From NCBI RefSeq assembly GCF_001194135.2, contig NC_068983.1:31755858-31819857 (forward strand): a stretch of DNA of 64,000 nt. The letters run 5' to 3'. Source of the DNA: Octopus bimaculoides. Its lineage: Eukaryota. Of this stretch, positions 48,608 to 61,913 are shown piece after piece; the stretch's first letter is position 1; every line of letters begins with the position of its first letter. Made by a program: the position numbers and the translations under genes. The notes beneath the pieces are model-generated. The model was given only the letters and a program-made list of their open reading frames with translations, was not told where the DNA came from and did no database searches.

Positions 48608-49851
48608 AAAATATATTCATAAAAATTTGTCCAAGGTGAGTGTTTACACCAACTGACAGATATTTGGAAGACAAAACTGATAAGCAAGTGAAGGAGCTTT
48701 AATATTGTCATTCATTTTATTTCATTTCACGTATTCTAATTAGTCTACTTTGCAGGGTGATTAGTGTTAGGTTGGGCATCCTGCCATAAAGACCATGCCA
48801 AACAGACAATAAAGCTTAATGCAATCTTCTACCTAGCCAGCTTCTGTCAAACTGTTCAACCCATGCCAGCATGGAAAGTAGGCATTAAATGAGGAGATGA
48901 TGACTGAAATTTTTCAGTGCAGAATCAAAAGCTTGGATCAGATTGTCAAACTTCACAAAAAAGCCTTTTCTGTGTTCTCATGCATTTTCTGAAGTCTGAT
49001 GTAGGCTGAAGATCATATCCACTGTACTAATATAAAGTGTATGTTGGTTTATTCTGATTTAAAAGACACAAGCCAAAGTTGTTTGTGCAAAATACCTTTG
49101 TAGTGTCTAACTCAGCTTTCCAATGTGCTTTTCAGCTACTTAGTTCAGTCACTGCAATAAATAAATCTCTCTCAACAGACTATTTCTGTCTTCATAATGT
49201 AGAGCTTAATTTAAAAGTTAAAACTCTAGCTAGAATACTTCTCACTGAAGACAATTACATTCACAGCTTGACTGCTGAGCATACATGGAAGTTCATCTCC
49301 AAACCAATGTGCTAGAAACCTTTTATTGTTACTCAGTGTGTTGGGTTTATGGGCTACTCCTAAATATTCAGTCAGTTACATTCATTTCCTAAGTCTGCTC
49401 AAGCTGAGCTGACCAGCTACTACACAACAAAAACATACAAGATATGTCTTGCTCTCTTGTTTTGGGCTTTTGGTGGGGGGGGGGTCATTATAAGGGAGGA
49501 TCTTTGTCCATAACTTTCTCAGTCTCTCTAGAACTGATGAGAAAGAGGTGGCTTCTGGTCAGCTTCAGCATCTATAAGTAGATATCTACAGAAACATGTG
49601 GCTGGAAAGGTATTCCAAAGAGTTGACTATCTGGTGCGGCAAAATTAGACAAGAGGATTAGTACAAATCCTGGTTGTGGAGAACACAGTTGTCGTGACAA
49701 GAGGAAGAGAAACAGTGAAGGTGGTATGCAAAAGGCTACTATATTATAATACCTTTCAGCTTTATATTTGTGTGGTTATTAAAAAGGAATGACTACTTCC
49801 TAGTTGTTTCTTTAAATGTGTATCACAGTTACTAATATTACATTGTATGTA

Positions 49852-50952
49852 TGTCACAGATTGACCTTCAACAAAAATTTGAACTGCAAGTCACACCTGG
49901 AGATATGGTGACGAATGGAAAAACAGAGGACTCCTTTTATTTAAACGTGTCACACGGTCGAACACAAAATATATATATCAGATATGATGATGATATACAT
50001 GATATGTTATGCTACGATAACACAGATGACCAGTAATGAAAGACCACAACCGTATTAGATGAATAACAGAGATATTTATTGTAGCGTTAAAGATGTATGT
50101 CTATGTGTGAGTGTGAATGCGACATATAACATAATCAAAGACAGGCCGTCATACAAAGAAAAGTATGTATGTGAGTGATACATGTAAGTGTATGTGAAAT
50201 ATTACAGCAGAGAAAGAGTCAATAACACGTGAGCAATTATACCAGTTCTTGGGTACACAATAATATGAATCTGTATGTGAAGTGAGTTGGCTGAGTGTGG
50301 CAGAGCTGATCACTAGTTGTGATGTCGTGGCATCGATGCCGGNNNNNNNNNNNNNNNNNNNNNNNNNNNNNNNNNNNNNNNNNNNNNNNNNNNNNNNNNN
50401 NNNNNNNNNNNNNNNNNNNNNNNNNNNNNNNNNNNNNNNNNNNNNNNNNNNNNNNNNNNNNNNNNNNNNNNNNNNNNNNNNNNNNNNNNNNNNNNNNNNN
50501 NNNNNNNNNNNNNNNNNNNNNNNNNNNNNNNNNNNNNNNNNNNNNNNNNNNNNNNNNNNNNNNNNNNNNNNNNNNNNNNNNNNNNNNNNNNNNNNNNNNN
50601 NNNNNNNNNNNNNNNNNNNNNNNNNNNNNNNNNNNNNNNNNNNNNNNNNNNNNNNNNNNNNNNNNTTGATCTATTTATAGCGTTAAGGGGGCTCACCAGA
50701 TATCAGAAATATACTCTATCACGTGACCTTATTAAGGGCTGTGATTGGTCAGTTTGCGTTCTGGCGGGAACGGTTCGAAGAAGTTGCCGATTCGAATAAT
50801 GATCAGTCACGTGATGACAAGGAATGGGTTCTCTACTACGCTCGCATTTATTTATATTTAAATGAGAAGATTGTATGTAATGGCGATAGTAGTTTTGTAT
50901 CTAATGGCGATAGGTAGTTTTGTATCTAGTGACGATAGGTAGTTTCACTACA
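49852..50952 (-). mobile_element. Solo-LTR-like element spanning a gap
   Basis: Minus strand begins TGTAGT and ends GTGACA. Order: E-boxes, CCAAT, TATA (50672-50679), then AATAAA (50075-50080). Homologous to 61007-61463. No TSD found. Confidence 0.55.
50343..50665. other. Assembly gap
   Basis: N run. Confidence 1.
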
Positions 50953-51891
50953 CACCTGATATTTTTTTGCAATGAAATAGAATGGTGGCAGGGGTCAGAC
51001 GAATTTCATGATTTACTTTGACATTTCCTTTCATGCAGTCATTTTAATGGTGCATGAGGGTGGGGTTTGTCTGTCATAAAAATTACTTTCATATTTGTTT
51101 CATAGAAATTGTATGAAATTTTTATTGTATTTGCTTTTCTTAAACCTATACAAGTTGTAAGATATTTAATCAGTATAGAAAGTCAGTCACCCATTCTGCA
51201 TATCACTTTTCTTCTCTTTAAAGACTTTTTCTCTTTGGTAAGTGTTATTTTTCTCTCTATCAAGAAGATTTTTTTATTAAACCAATATCTGTATCACAAG
51301 AGATAGTATACAAAATTTAAGTTTTAACTAACAATACTCAGTTAACAGTTATAATTAATTATTATTATACACTGTTGAGTCTATTCAGACAACTTTTATT
51401 TTTCTGCATGTATACATTAATAATAAAGAAGGAGAATTAGAAAGGCAAAAAACATTGGAAAAGAACAAAGATATTATAGGGAGGTAAAAATGGAAACAGA
51501 AGGAAGAAAAAAAATGGAAAAGACAAATAGGTGATAATTCAAGAATTTCAGTAACAGGTCATGAGACTGAACAGCCACAAGACTGAGGGCTTGATAAACC
51601 TTCTAACAGATAAACACTCACATACACATGTAAAACTGACTTATAGATACTTTTAGATTCACAATATACAATGTGTGCAAACTGGATATTGGACAGACAC
51701 TTTTGATTTATTAAATTTCTAAAATTTTCTCTTTTTGTCTCCTGGTCTTGTGGCCCATTTCTCTTGGGAGATCATTTTTGACTTGACTTTCTGTTTCATG
51801 GTCCCTCAATGTTGTGAATCTTTGGTCGATTACAATGTACCTGCATCCCAATGCATACAACAGCAATTCATGTGTATTACTGAAGTTACTC

Positions 51892-53235
51892 TTTTTTTTT
51901 TTTTTTTGCCTTTAACTCTCCAACACAGAGTATAGGCCACTTATAATTGAATTCCATGTCGCATAATTTTTCGCTTCTGTACTTATACTCTGCCATGAAT
52001 GTCCCCCTTTCTCTAGTTCCTTTTGTATTGATCTACGCCACGAGTTCTTAGGCCTACCTTTCTTTCTATATCCATCCGGATTCCACTGTAAAGCACTTTT
52101 CGCTATATTTGGTGTCTTTTCTAATTGTGCTACCAATCCACTTCCACTTTTTCTTAAATATTTGCTCCCTAATCAAAACTTGATTTGTTCTTTGCCGTAG
52201 CTCCATATTGCTTATGTGTTCGGGCCATCTAATTTTAACTATACTATGCAAACACCTGTTGATGAATGATTGTATTTGCTTATTTGACTTAACTGTTTTT
52301 TGCCATGTCTCAGCCCCATACAATAACACCGCTTTTACATTAGTGTTAAAAATTCTTATTTTGTTCTTTATTGAAATTACACTTGCACTCCATACTTTTT
52401 TTAACAGGTGAAAAGCGGTCCTTGCCTTACTTATTCTCGTCTTAATGTCTTTGTCGGTGCCACCTGAGAATGTTATCTTACTACCTAAATACGTAAACTC
52501 AGCTACATCTTCTAATTCACCAGTTTCTAGTTTAATACGTTCACTGTTTTCCTCGTTAACACGCATAATTTTTGATTTGTTGCGGTTGACTTTCAATCCT
52601 AGTTTGGCAGCTATTGCTTCTAATCTTGACGTTTTATTTTGCATTTGGTTATATGTTTGAAAGTAGCGCTATATCATCTGCAAAGTCAAGATCTTCTAGA
52701 GCTTCTACATCCGTCCATTTAATGCCTGTTTGGCTTTCAATCGTAGTTTCTTTCATAATCCAATCTATAACTAGTAGAAATAAAAAGGGAGTAAGTATAT
52801 AACCCTGTCGAACTCCTGTTTTTACATCGAATTTATCTGTAGCTCCGTTTCCATGCAAGACTCGGCATGACATTCCTTGATAAGTTGCTCTTATTATAGA
52901 TATATACTTGTCTGATATGCCGTAGTACTGCATAATTTTCCATAAGCCTTCTCTATCTACACTATCAAATGCTTTTTCGAAATCATTAAAGTTAATATAA
53001 AGCGGTGCATTCCACTCTGCACTTTGCTCTAAGATAATGCAAAGAGTGGCGATTTGATCTACACATGAGCACTTCTTCCTCTGGTTTGTTCTTTACGCAA
53101 CAATTTGTCAACTGCTGTCCTCATCCGCTCTAAAAGTATCCTGTTAAAAACTTTTCTAAGAGTCGATAATAGCAGAATCCCTCTATAATTTCTGCAATAG
53201 CTTAAATCACATTTTTTTGGCAATCATTAGGCACA
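51892..53235 (-). mobile_element. 5'-truncated poly(A)-tailed RTE-clade LINE, second family, relatively intact
   Basis: GVRQG..L.P.LF, LDFADDIALL, FTYLGS, LLYGAETW, KKGRPKNSWRR; few frameshifts; A-tail at about 51892-51907. Confidence 0.88.
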
Positions 53236-54728
53236 TTTTCTTCCTGCCATATTTGAATATTCTTACATGGAATATTCAAAGACAAAACAATACCAGGTGG
53301 TGGTAAGTGAAGAGGCTGCTGCATGAATTGCTTGAATAGTTGCAGTTTTTAGAGCATTGGCTATAATACCAAACAACATTTGGTCCAGCTCTCTGCACTC
53401 TGTGATCAAATCCCATTGGGTTGACTTTACATTATCCTTTCAAGATTGATGAAATAGCAGTTCAGAGCACTGAATTGGCAGAATTGCTAGAGGATTGTAC
53501 AAAATGCTTTATAATTATTCTGGATCTTTGCATTCAGAATTAATCTCCAGTTTTCCGGAATCCCATCAGTAGCAAATTTATTCTAGAGTACTGGTATCAT
53601 GTCCAATGTAAGAAAGAGACCGCCAGTGAAATTCCTACAAACTCACAAAACTAATATAGTATGAGTTCAAAAGAGCCCTATGCATCTGGAAAATGTGCAG
53701 AATTTTCATTTTTATGTCATTTCACTTAGCAACTATTTATGTAAAACTACAGTTTGGTCATTGGTTCATGTTTTAAGAAAAATTATGGTGCTCTTACTGC
53801 TTCTGAAATAGCAACCATTCTATTTAGAACAGAAAATAGTAGTGGACATTAAACATTGTTTTCTGTAAACATGATAAGAGTTTACTGCAAATTATCCCAC
53901 TGAATCTGGATTATGATCCATTGCACTTTGTTCTTTTATCTGTAAAGAGTGAGAAATGTTGAAACTTTTGGCTCATGGGTGTGAATAATAACAACAGTAT
54001 AATGCAGATGGACAACAGAATTATGCATGCAGCATGAAGTATCAAATCAATGATTCTTAAATGTTTTTGTTGAGAGGAAGATTATCACAAGATTATATTC
54101 TTGATAGCCATTGCAAAGTAGAAAAACAGCTTAACAGGTCAAAAAGAATCATTAGAAGAGCAGAGTGTTTTCACAGTTTGATAAACAAATGCAAAGTGGT
54201 GACCTAAATAACGATGCTGCTAACTATCGTGTGCTTCTATTTTCCTTCATTAAGGGATCTGTGTTATACAAAAACTCTTAATGCTGTTGTTGAATCTATA
54301 AATAAGGAAATTATCAACTTACTTGATGGCAAAACAGTCACTTACAAAAGCATTCATAGCTGCAATGAAGAAGACAAACTCCAGTGAAGTTCCTTGCCAT
54401 TGAGAAAAAGATATGTTGTAAAATTGTGAAATTTATATAAAATTAATAGGCTTTGCAATCAAAGAATTTGAATAACCCATTAACATGAGCACGTAATTGA
54501 AGGCAACATTGTTACAGAAGATACATTGTACAACAATTAAACTGAGAACTTAACATTCTTCTGCTAGTACCTTTATACAATTACTGCTTTCAGTTAATAA
54601 ATCTCATTATCAGTCATTTAATAAGTAGATTTATTTTTCCAACTAACCTATTTGCAGGTTGCTATAATGATAATGTTGAACAAGTCACCAACATTAGTAT
54701 ATTGTTTTCCAGTGTTAAAGCTTTTGCT

Positions 54729-54953
54729 TTGAGCGTGGCTGTTGCCAGTACCGCCTGACTGGCCTTCATGCCAGTGGCATGTAAAAGCACCCACTACACT
54801 CTCGGAGTGGTTGGCATTAGGAAGGGCATCCAGCTGTAGAAACTCTGCCAAATCAGATTGGAGCCTGGTGAAGCCATCTGGTTCACCAGTCCTCAGTCAA
54901 ATCGTCCAACCCATGCTAGCATGGAAAGCGGACGTTAAATGATGATGATGATG
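54729..54953 (+). mobile_element. RTE 3'UTR/tail copy
   Basis: Near-identical to 43618-43885. Confidence 0.8.
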
Positions 54954-55544
54954 GTTCAGATACTCATTTCAAATAAATTTATATACATAGACTTGTTTTA
55001 GTTTGTTTTTTTTTGTTTTGTTTTTTTTATCATTCATCAGATTCAACTACAAGTGCTACCCAGCAAAGCAAGAGTGAGCACATTTATTGTTATGAATGTA
55101 TCAGCAAAAAAAATTATGTAAAATGTATTTCTAATGCTCAAAGAATCCAAATATAAATTTACTCATCCAACAGCAGCCATTGTGTTGTTCTTTTGAGCAA
55201 GGTACATAACTCTTCACTCTCCACTTTGTGTGATTCGAAAAACAGGTTCATTCATGCTTCTATGATAGAGTGTTATAAGGAAATGCATCCAGTTCTAAAT
55301 ACAACTGTTCCAACATAAAAAGAATATACTCTCACTCCTATAGACTCAAGAAAATCAGTGTGAAACAATAAAAAGATTATTCGTTCTTTTGGCTTTTATT
55401 AAGCTATAATTGGCGAAATGAAATGCTTTCAAAGGTAAAAATGTTCAACTATTTATTTTGTAATTAGGTTATTGTTGAACTTTATATCAACTTTTGTTTC
55501 TTGTCTTTATTTACATAAACCTATTCTGACTCTGTTATGAACAG

Positions 55545-55620
55545 CTTCAAAAGGCCGTGGCAACAAAAGGAAAGCACCTCTGGATGGTACGCAGCAAACT
55601 GGGACAAAGCAAAAGAAAAG
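55545..55620 (+). CDS. ASH2L: ASH2L exon 10, basic NLS-like segment (SKGRGNKRKAPLDGTQQTGTKQKK)
   Basis: Acceptor ACAG|CT, donor AG|GTTAGT. Matches [21 protein letters not shown]. Confidence 0.9.
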
Positions 55621-56282
55621 GTTAGTGGTGTGTTACATTCATTTTCACTTTGCTCTTTGCTTTGTAAGCATGTGAGTGTCAGCAGGTGGTGGGAGTGGGG
55701 GAGTAGCAATTTGGGTATGGTGAGAGGAGTGTGAATATGTTGGTGTTAAATGGTATGTGTGATTGAGATAGGAAAATGCTTGCAATCTGAACAAACTATC
55801 CTCTTTTTGGAAGTTACTTAATTCAGATGAGTTTTTGTCATGCAGACTTATGGTTAAATACGTTCTAGCCATGACCAACAGGACCAACCAGTTTTTTTTT
55901 TTTTTTCAACCTTACCATGTATTTAGGTGTCTTATCTATCCAATATGTCCTTCCTTTCAAAAAACAAAGACAATAGAGTGGGATTTGAGAGGAATTTTGC
56001 TGCTATTTGGAGCAAGTTATGTGATCTCCTCATTGTGTTAATGGGTGTTGCTTGACCTGATAAGCATGTTAGTAATTTAACAATTTTTAGCTTGTGGCTT
56101 AGGATGTAACAGCAGAATAACCTGATAGTAGCAACAGGTTCAGAGAAGTTTCATGTCTTAGTTGTTCTCACTTCAATTTCTTCATGCTGCTAATGATCTT
56201 GGGAAAAGTATCAATGCCACAACCTCTTATTTGCTCTTCTTAAAAATTTCAAACTTTACATCTATGAAAGAAATTAATATTG

Positions 56283-57962
56283 TCATCGTCATGTTTCAGA
56301 TAGGTTGGTTGGTTTGACTGAGATCTGGAGAGCCAGCGGCTGCACCAGGCTTCAATCTGACCTGGCAATGTTTCTACAGCTGGATGCCCTTCCTAACACC
56401 AACTACTCCGAGAGTGTAGTGGGTACTTTTTACATGCCACCGGCACAGGAGCCAGTCAGCCAGGCCTGGCATCGATCATATTCAGATAGTGCTTTTTACA
56501 TGCCACCGGCATGGGAGCCAGTCAGAGGTGACTGGCATCGGCCATGTTCGGATGGTGCTTTTTACATGCCACCGGAACAGGAGCTATGATTTTGGGTTTA
56601 CTTGATTCAACAGGTCTTCTCAAGCATATCATATCGCCTGATGTATCAGGGGTACTCTTAAATGGGCCAGACATGCAACACTGGCATTGGCCATGGCTGC
56701 GATCTCACTTTAGTTGCCGGGTCTTCTCAATCACAGCATATCTCCAAAGGACTCAGTCTCCTGTCATTGCTTCTGTGAGGCCCAATGTTCAAAGGTCATG
56801 CTTCACCACCTCATCCCATATCGTCCTAGGTCTACCTATTCTACAGGTTCCTTCCACAGTTAGGGAGTGGCATTTCCTTACACAGCTGTCCTCATCCATA
56901 CATAACACACGACCACACCAGTGCAGTCGTCTCTCTTGCACACCACATTTGATGCTTCTTTTGCCCAACTTTTCTCTCAGGGCACTTACACTCTGTCATG
57001 TATGTACACTGACATTACACATCCAGCGGATCATACTAGCTTCATTTCTTTCAAGCCTACGCATGTACTCAGCAGTCGTGGTCCATGTTTCACTGCCGTG
57101 TAGCACAGCAGTTCGTACACTTGCATCATACAGTCTACCATCCTGAGCGAGAGGCCCTTAGTTGCTAGCAGAGGTAGGAGCTCTCTGAGCTTTGCCCAGG
57201 CTATTCTTATTCTAACAGCTACACTTTCATAGCAACCACCCCCACTACAAACTTGGTTGCCTTGGTAGTGGAAGTTATTAATTACTTCTAGTTTTTCCCC
57301 CTGGCATGTGATGGAATCTGTTTTCTGTACATTTTCAGTGTTTATTGCCCCTGTGCATCTGCCACACACAAAAACTATCTTCCCGGTTAACCTTCCTTTG
57401 ATATTGCTGCACCTTTTATATGTCCATTGCTTACACCAGGTACATCTTATGGAGTTTTTACCCATGTCCTTTCTACAGATTGAGTAGGGCCATCTACCTG
57501 AAGGGGTTTGTGATTTGACAGTCTTCCTATGTATTAAGACTTTGGTTTTTGCTAGGTTAATCCTAAAGCCCTTCCATTCTAGACCTTGCTTCTATGCCTT
57601 AAACTTCGTCTCTAGTTATGGCAGTAATTCAGCTATTAGAGCAAGGTCATTAGTATAGAGGAGCTCCCAGGGGCAGCAGTAATTCCTGATGGGCCAGGTT
57701 CTTTCCCTGTCTTCACATCCTTAATTGCTTTATCTGCCAGGGTACTGTCAATTTGGGTAGCTGGTCCCTCAATTGGGTCAATCTTTGGCAGACTCTCCTT
57801 CTCCCATTCATATTCCACATTCAGCAGTCTTTCATAATGGCATCTCCAAGCCTCTTTCTTTGCAGAATCATTAAATACAAGGACACCATCATCCATGCAG
57901 ACACATTTCTCTCCTATGACATCACAGTTTTCTCTCGCACACTATCTTGCAATCCGAAGTAC
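56283..57962 (-). mobile_element. RTE LINE with internal deletion of the RT core
   Basis: KEAWRCHYERLLNVE...GPSGITA is joined directly to CPWELLYTNDLAL, followed by the C-terminal region and 3'UTR. Confidence 0.85.
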
Positions 57963-58614
57963 AAAATGACCTTTGTGCCTAATCAAAAAGAATTATCATT
58001 CATCATCATCATCATTTTCACATCTATTTTCCATACTATGGGCTGGACTGAATGTCAAGGTCCAAGTTAGTCTTTATTGAGATCCACTTTTCACAGAGAC
58101 TTGTATTTGTATGCTTCATTTTGTCTTAGTTTCTTTGGCTAGATGCCCTTCCTATCACCAAGGGTGTGTTGGATGCATTTTGCAGTAACACCTGAGGCAA
58201 TACTAGAGAGGTTTTTCAAGTCCTCATTGCAACAGGACTAAAGGGACCTCTCAGCCCAATGTTCTTTTTGCCTACTCACCAATCAGTCTAAGAAGTGCTC
58301 TGGATGCATTTCATCATAGCATTGTGAGAAGAGTTGCCTTATACATGGTAACTGTAAAGGGTACTCACTACTCTGATACATAAACATTCACTCTAGGACA
58401 TATGATTGAGGAGGGGAATGGAAGAAATATTACAAGAAGATACAAGAATCGACAGGTGAAAGGAGAAAATGTATGAGGGTAAAGATAAAGAAGCTGGAGG
58501 AAGTGATAAGAAATAGAAGTAGACAGTGACAAGTGATGTATGACAATAGAAATAGCTTGAAAGATGGAGAAAGAGATGACTATCACTACAGAAAGGTTGG
58601 AAATAAAGCGATCC

Positions 58615-58950
58615 AATGCAATTCTTATATGTAGGGGCATGTTCATTGACCTCTCTCTCAACAGTGCTCCACATGTAATATTCCAATGGATTGAGATCTG
58701 GGGAATTAGGAGGCCAAATGTTAGGGGTTGTGTGATCATGAAAATTTTCAGCCATCCATTCCTGTGTCATTAGAGCCGTGTGTGATAGTGCAGTCTTACT
58801 GAAACACATATGGCCTTCCATTGCATACACTGTCTATCCAGGGCTTAACCATTGTTTCCAGGACCTCATTGTAGGCAGTAGTTAACTCTAAGGTCTTGTG
58901 GAAAGATGTAAGGAGGCATCACATGTCTTTCATTTGTTGACAACCCCTAA
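58615..58950 (-). mobile_element. Second decayed maT-type Tc1/mariner fragment
   Basis: TPNIWPPNSPDLNPLEYYMWSTVERE; frameshifted upstream. Confidence 0.75.
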
Positions 58951-59644
58951 ATCCATGACAGTTGCAGGAAATTTTGTATGCATAACACTTGGAGCTTCAG
59001 AAGGGTTCCAAGTGTTATGTTCCAAGTCTGCACATAACCATCTGTCATTTCTTCTGTTAACTTTTTGATCTTGGTTGAAGTTTTTTTCATTGAGTAAAAC
59101 CAAATCAAATCTTTTACTGAATTTTCCAGTTTGTTCAAGAACCTTTTAGATCTGATGTAGTGATTTTCTTTTGCTTTTTCTGACAAATTAACCTTTTCTC
59201 ATCATATAAGACTTGTCTTTGTGGACAACATTTCCGACTGTTCCTTTTGACACATGGGGATCTTTTGCAATTGACCTCATGGACTTTCTGCGGTCGTAAT
59301 CAATGGTCTGTTGAACTTGCTAGATAAATTCAAGGGTTCTGATGATTTCAGAGCATTTAGAATGCTTTTTATGCTTTAATACTGGTGATATGTTTCCATC
59401 TTCAGTTTCTAACTCCTTACAAACTTTGTAGACGAAAGATCTGGCAACTTTTAAAAACCAAGATATTTATAACTGCAATAACAGCATGCCTCTTCATTTC
59501 TCTAGTAAGCTGATAGTCTGCCATTGTTATTTTCTGAAACAAAGATTATACAGAGTTAGCAAAAAATGCAGCAGTGACCCAAAAAAGGTATGTCCTCAAA
59601 TACCTTACATACCCTGTATATAATTGTCACTAAACACGACTATG

Positions 59645-60083
59645 GGTGCCAAGACACCTACATTGCTAGAAATAAGAGCTAAAATGCTCTAATGCTGTAG
59701 GAAAAGCACATAAATGTATGCATATATGCTCACAGGGGCTACAATCACCCAAAACATCAACTCGAGAATTCCTTAGACTGAACGTTCAGTTTTGGCTATT
59801 TCTGTAACCTTTTCAGTAAGGACCACCTATTCGGCAGATTCCAGGCTTAATCCTCTGTCAGCATATATATATATATTTACCTAGAAATTCAGGGATGATT
59901 GAGCAGATCACTAGTATGTATATAAAAATTAATATAAACAGCCATGCGCAGTGTGATACCATGAAGGAAAAATACAATTGTCTCTAAATGCAACTAAAGG
60001 TGTCAAGACACCTACATTACTAGAAATAAGAGCTAAAATGCTCTAATGCTGTAGGAAAAGCACATAAATGTACACATATATGC
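59645..60083 (+). repeat. 85-bp direct repeat (59645-59729 and 59999-60083) flanking 269 bp
   Basis: 81/85 identical by hand alignment. Confidence 0.9.
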
Positions 60084-60107
60084 ACTTGCATACACAGACA
60101 CACATAC

Positions 60108-60520
60108 ATCATTTAATGTCCATCTTCCATGCTGTAATGGATTGGACAGTTCAATAGATCTAATGAGCAGAAATACTGCATCAAACTCCAATATTTGCTT
60201 TGGCATGGTTTCATACGTATAGACATACTTATTATATATATGTGAGAATATGTGAATGTTTTAACATCAGCTTTGTCATGCTGGTGTAGATGAGCAAGTT
60301 TTTTTGAGCATTCCATGTCTCCTTTCAACTTTGTCTTTTATCACCTCCTCCATAAGGCTCAACATCCTGAAACCAATCTTTACCACTTCGTCCCATGTTT
60401 CTTTCAGTCTCCTTCTTCTACAGGTCCCATCCACTGTAAGTGCCAGACATTTCTTCATACAGCTGTCCTCATCCATACGTCATATGCTCAGTTCAGCACA
60501 ATCTTCTCTCTTGCTCACTA
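60108..60520 (-). mobile_element. Decayed RTE 3' end
   Basis: MDEDSCMKKCLALTVDGTCRRRRLKETWDEVVK plus tail. Confidence 0.75.
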
Positions 60521-61006
60521 CATCTGGTTACTCTTATTTATATATATACTATATAAATGAAAATGCATGTATTCATGTAATAGAAGGCCCTGAAATGGTA
60601 CACCCTTGAGAAAAACAGGTTTTATTTTTCAAAATTTGCATCCCAACAATAAGGTTTCCAGTTGTAATTAATCAAAAAATAAAATTTGCTGCAAGAAATA
60701 ACTCAACTTTTAGATCAACAAATCTCCCACTCTCTATCTGTCTCCATCAGCATTTTGTCTTTTATGCCTTTCCCTCTCTATATACATTCACCACACTCTT
60801 TATCACTTTCTCTGTATATGCATATCTCTCACATAACCTGCTCCCCCCTCTTTCTTGATATGACTTGTAAATGCTTTCATTTTGTTTAAAACTTCATAAT
60901 TGTAATGTTTTTACTTTCATTTTGTGATAGACAGCTGTTACACAGAAAATGCTAGATTCTGAATCTTGTTTTCTGATTGGGTAAAAATTATCAAACTTTA
61001 AACATC

Positions 61007-61463
61007 TGTAACTTCTCTGGTGACAGAATCTTTTCTCCGTCTCTGCTATACGGCCACAACTTCTTGTACAGCACCTTTACCACTGTGTACCATGAATACA
61101 AACTGGTATTTCTCATCCTTGTGTCTGGACTTCTAACGTCCTTATTATAGACTGTTTTCTATGCTCTGTATCTCTTGCATTCACATACGCATATTTGTAT
61201 ACACACACACTCTTTGTTTACATGACGGCCTGTCTTATATTGTGTTTTATTATGTCGCATTCACACTCACACAGACATTCTAGTTGACTACTAATAAAAC
61301 CTTACTTTTATACATCTGTACCGGTTGAGTCTCTCTTTTTCCTTGTTGGCACTTAACTCATTTTTACCTCATTCCATTATTCATTTTTATATTTGTGCCA
61401 ACTGTGCGATGCGCTAAAGGAGCCATTCCTTCGTCACCATCTCCTGGTTGCATGGTCACTACA
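61007..61463 (+). mobile_element. Short, older solo-LTR-like element
   Basis: TGTAAC...ACTACA termini and AATAAA at 61293-61298. Shares ATGTCGCA(T)TCACACTCACAC and GTCACCAT..CTCC blocks with 49852-50952. Confidence 0.5.
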
Positions 61464-61695
61464 GACTGTTTGATTTGTCAGTTGGCTAGGTCTGCAATAC
61501 AACTTGTTTCCATTCTGTATCTGGACCTGTTATCTCTATCTCTGATGTAACCTATTCAACCAAAAATCTATCATCTACCTTTACTATCAACTCACAACAC
61601 TTTTTTAGTTAACATGACAGCAAATTTGAAGTGGTCAAATTATTCTTAAATCTCATAAGAGCACAATTTTTGTCTTTTGCAATTTTTAAATCCAG

Positions 61696-61913
61696 TGAAT
61701 TGAATTCTGCAATGAAGCTAGCCCCCCATGGCTACCCTCTGGAGCATCCATTTAACAAAGATGGCTATCGTTATATCCTAGCAGAACAAGACCCACATGC
61801 ACCTAATAGACAAGCTTTTGATGAAAGTTCAGACTGGGCTGGAAAGCCTATTCCCGGTTATTTGTACCGAACATCTTTAGGAAATGATGTCCTCTTCGCT
61901 TTGCATGACCGTG
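61696..61913 (+). CDS. ASH2L: ASH2L exon 11 ([30 protein letters not shown]...[12 protein letters not shown]...ALHDR)
   Basis: Near-identity to the conserved ASH2L pre-SPRY motif. Acceptor CCAG|T, donor G|GTAAGC. Confidence 0.97.

Noticed and set aside
42996-50696. Long ORFs containing X runs
   Set aside because: Artefacts of translating through N gaps.
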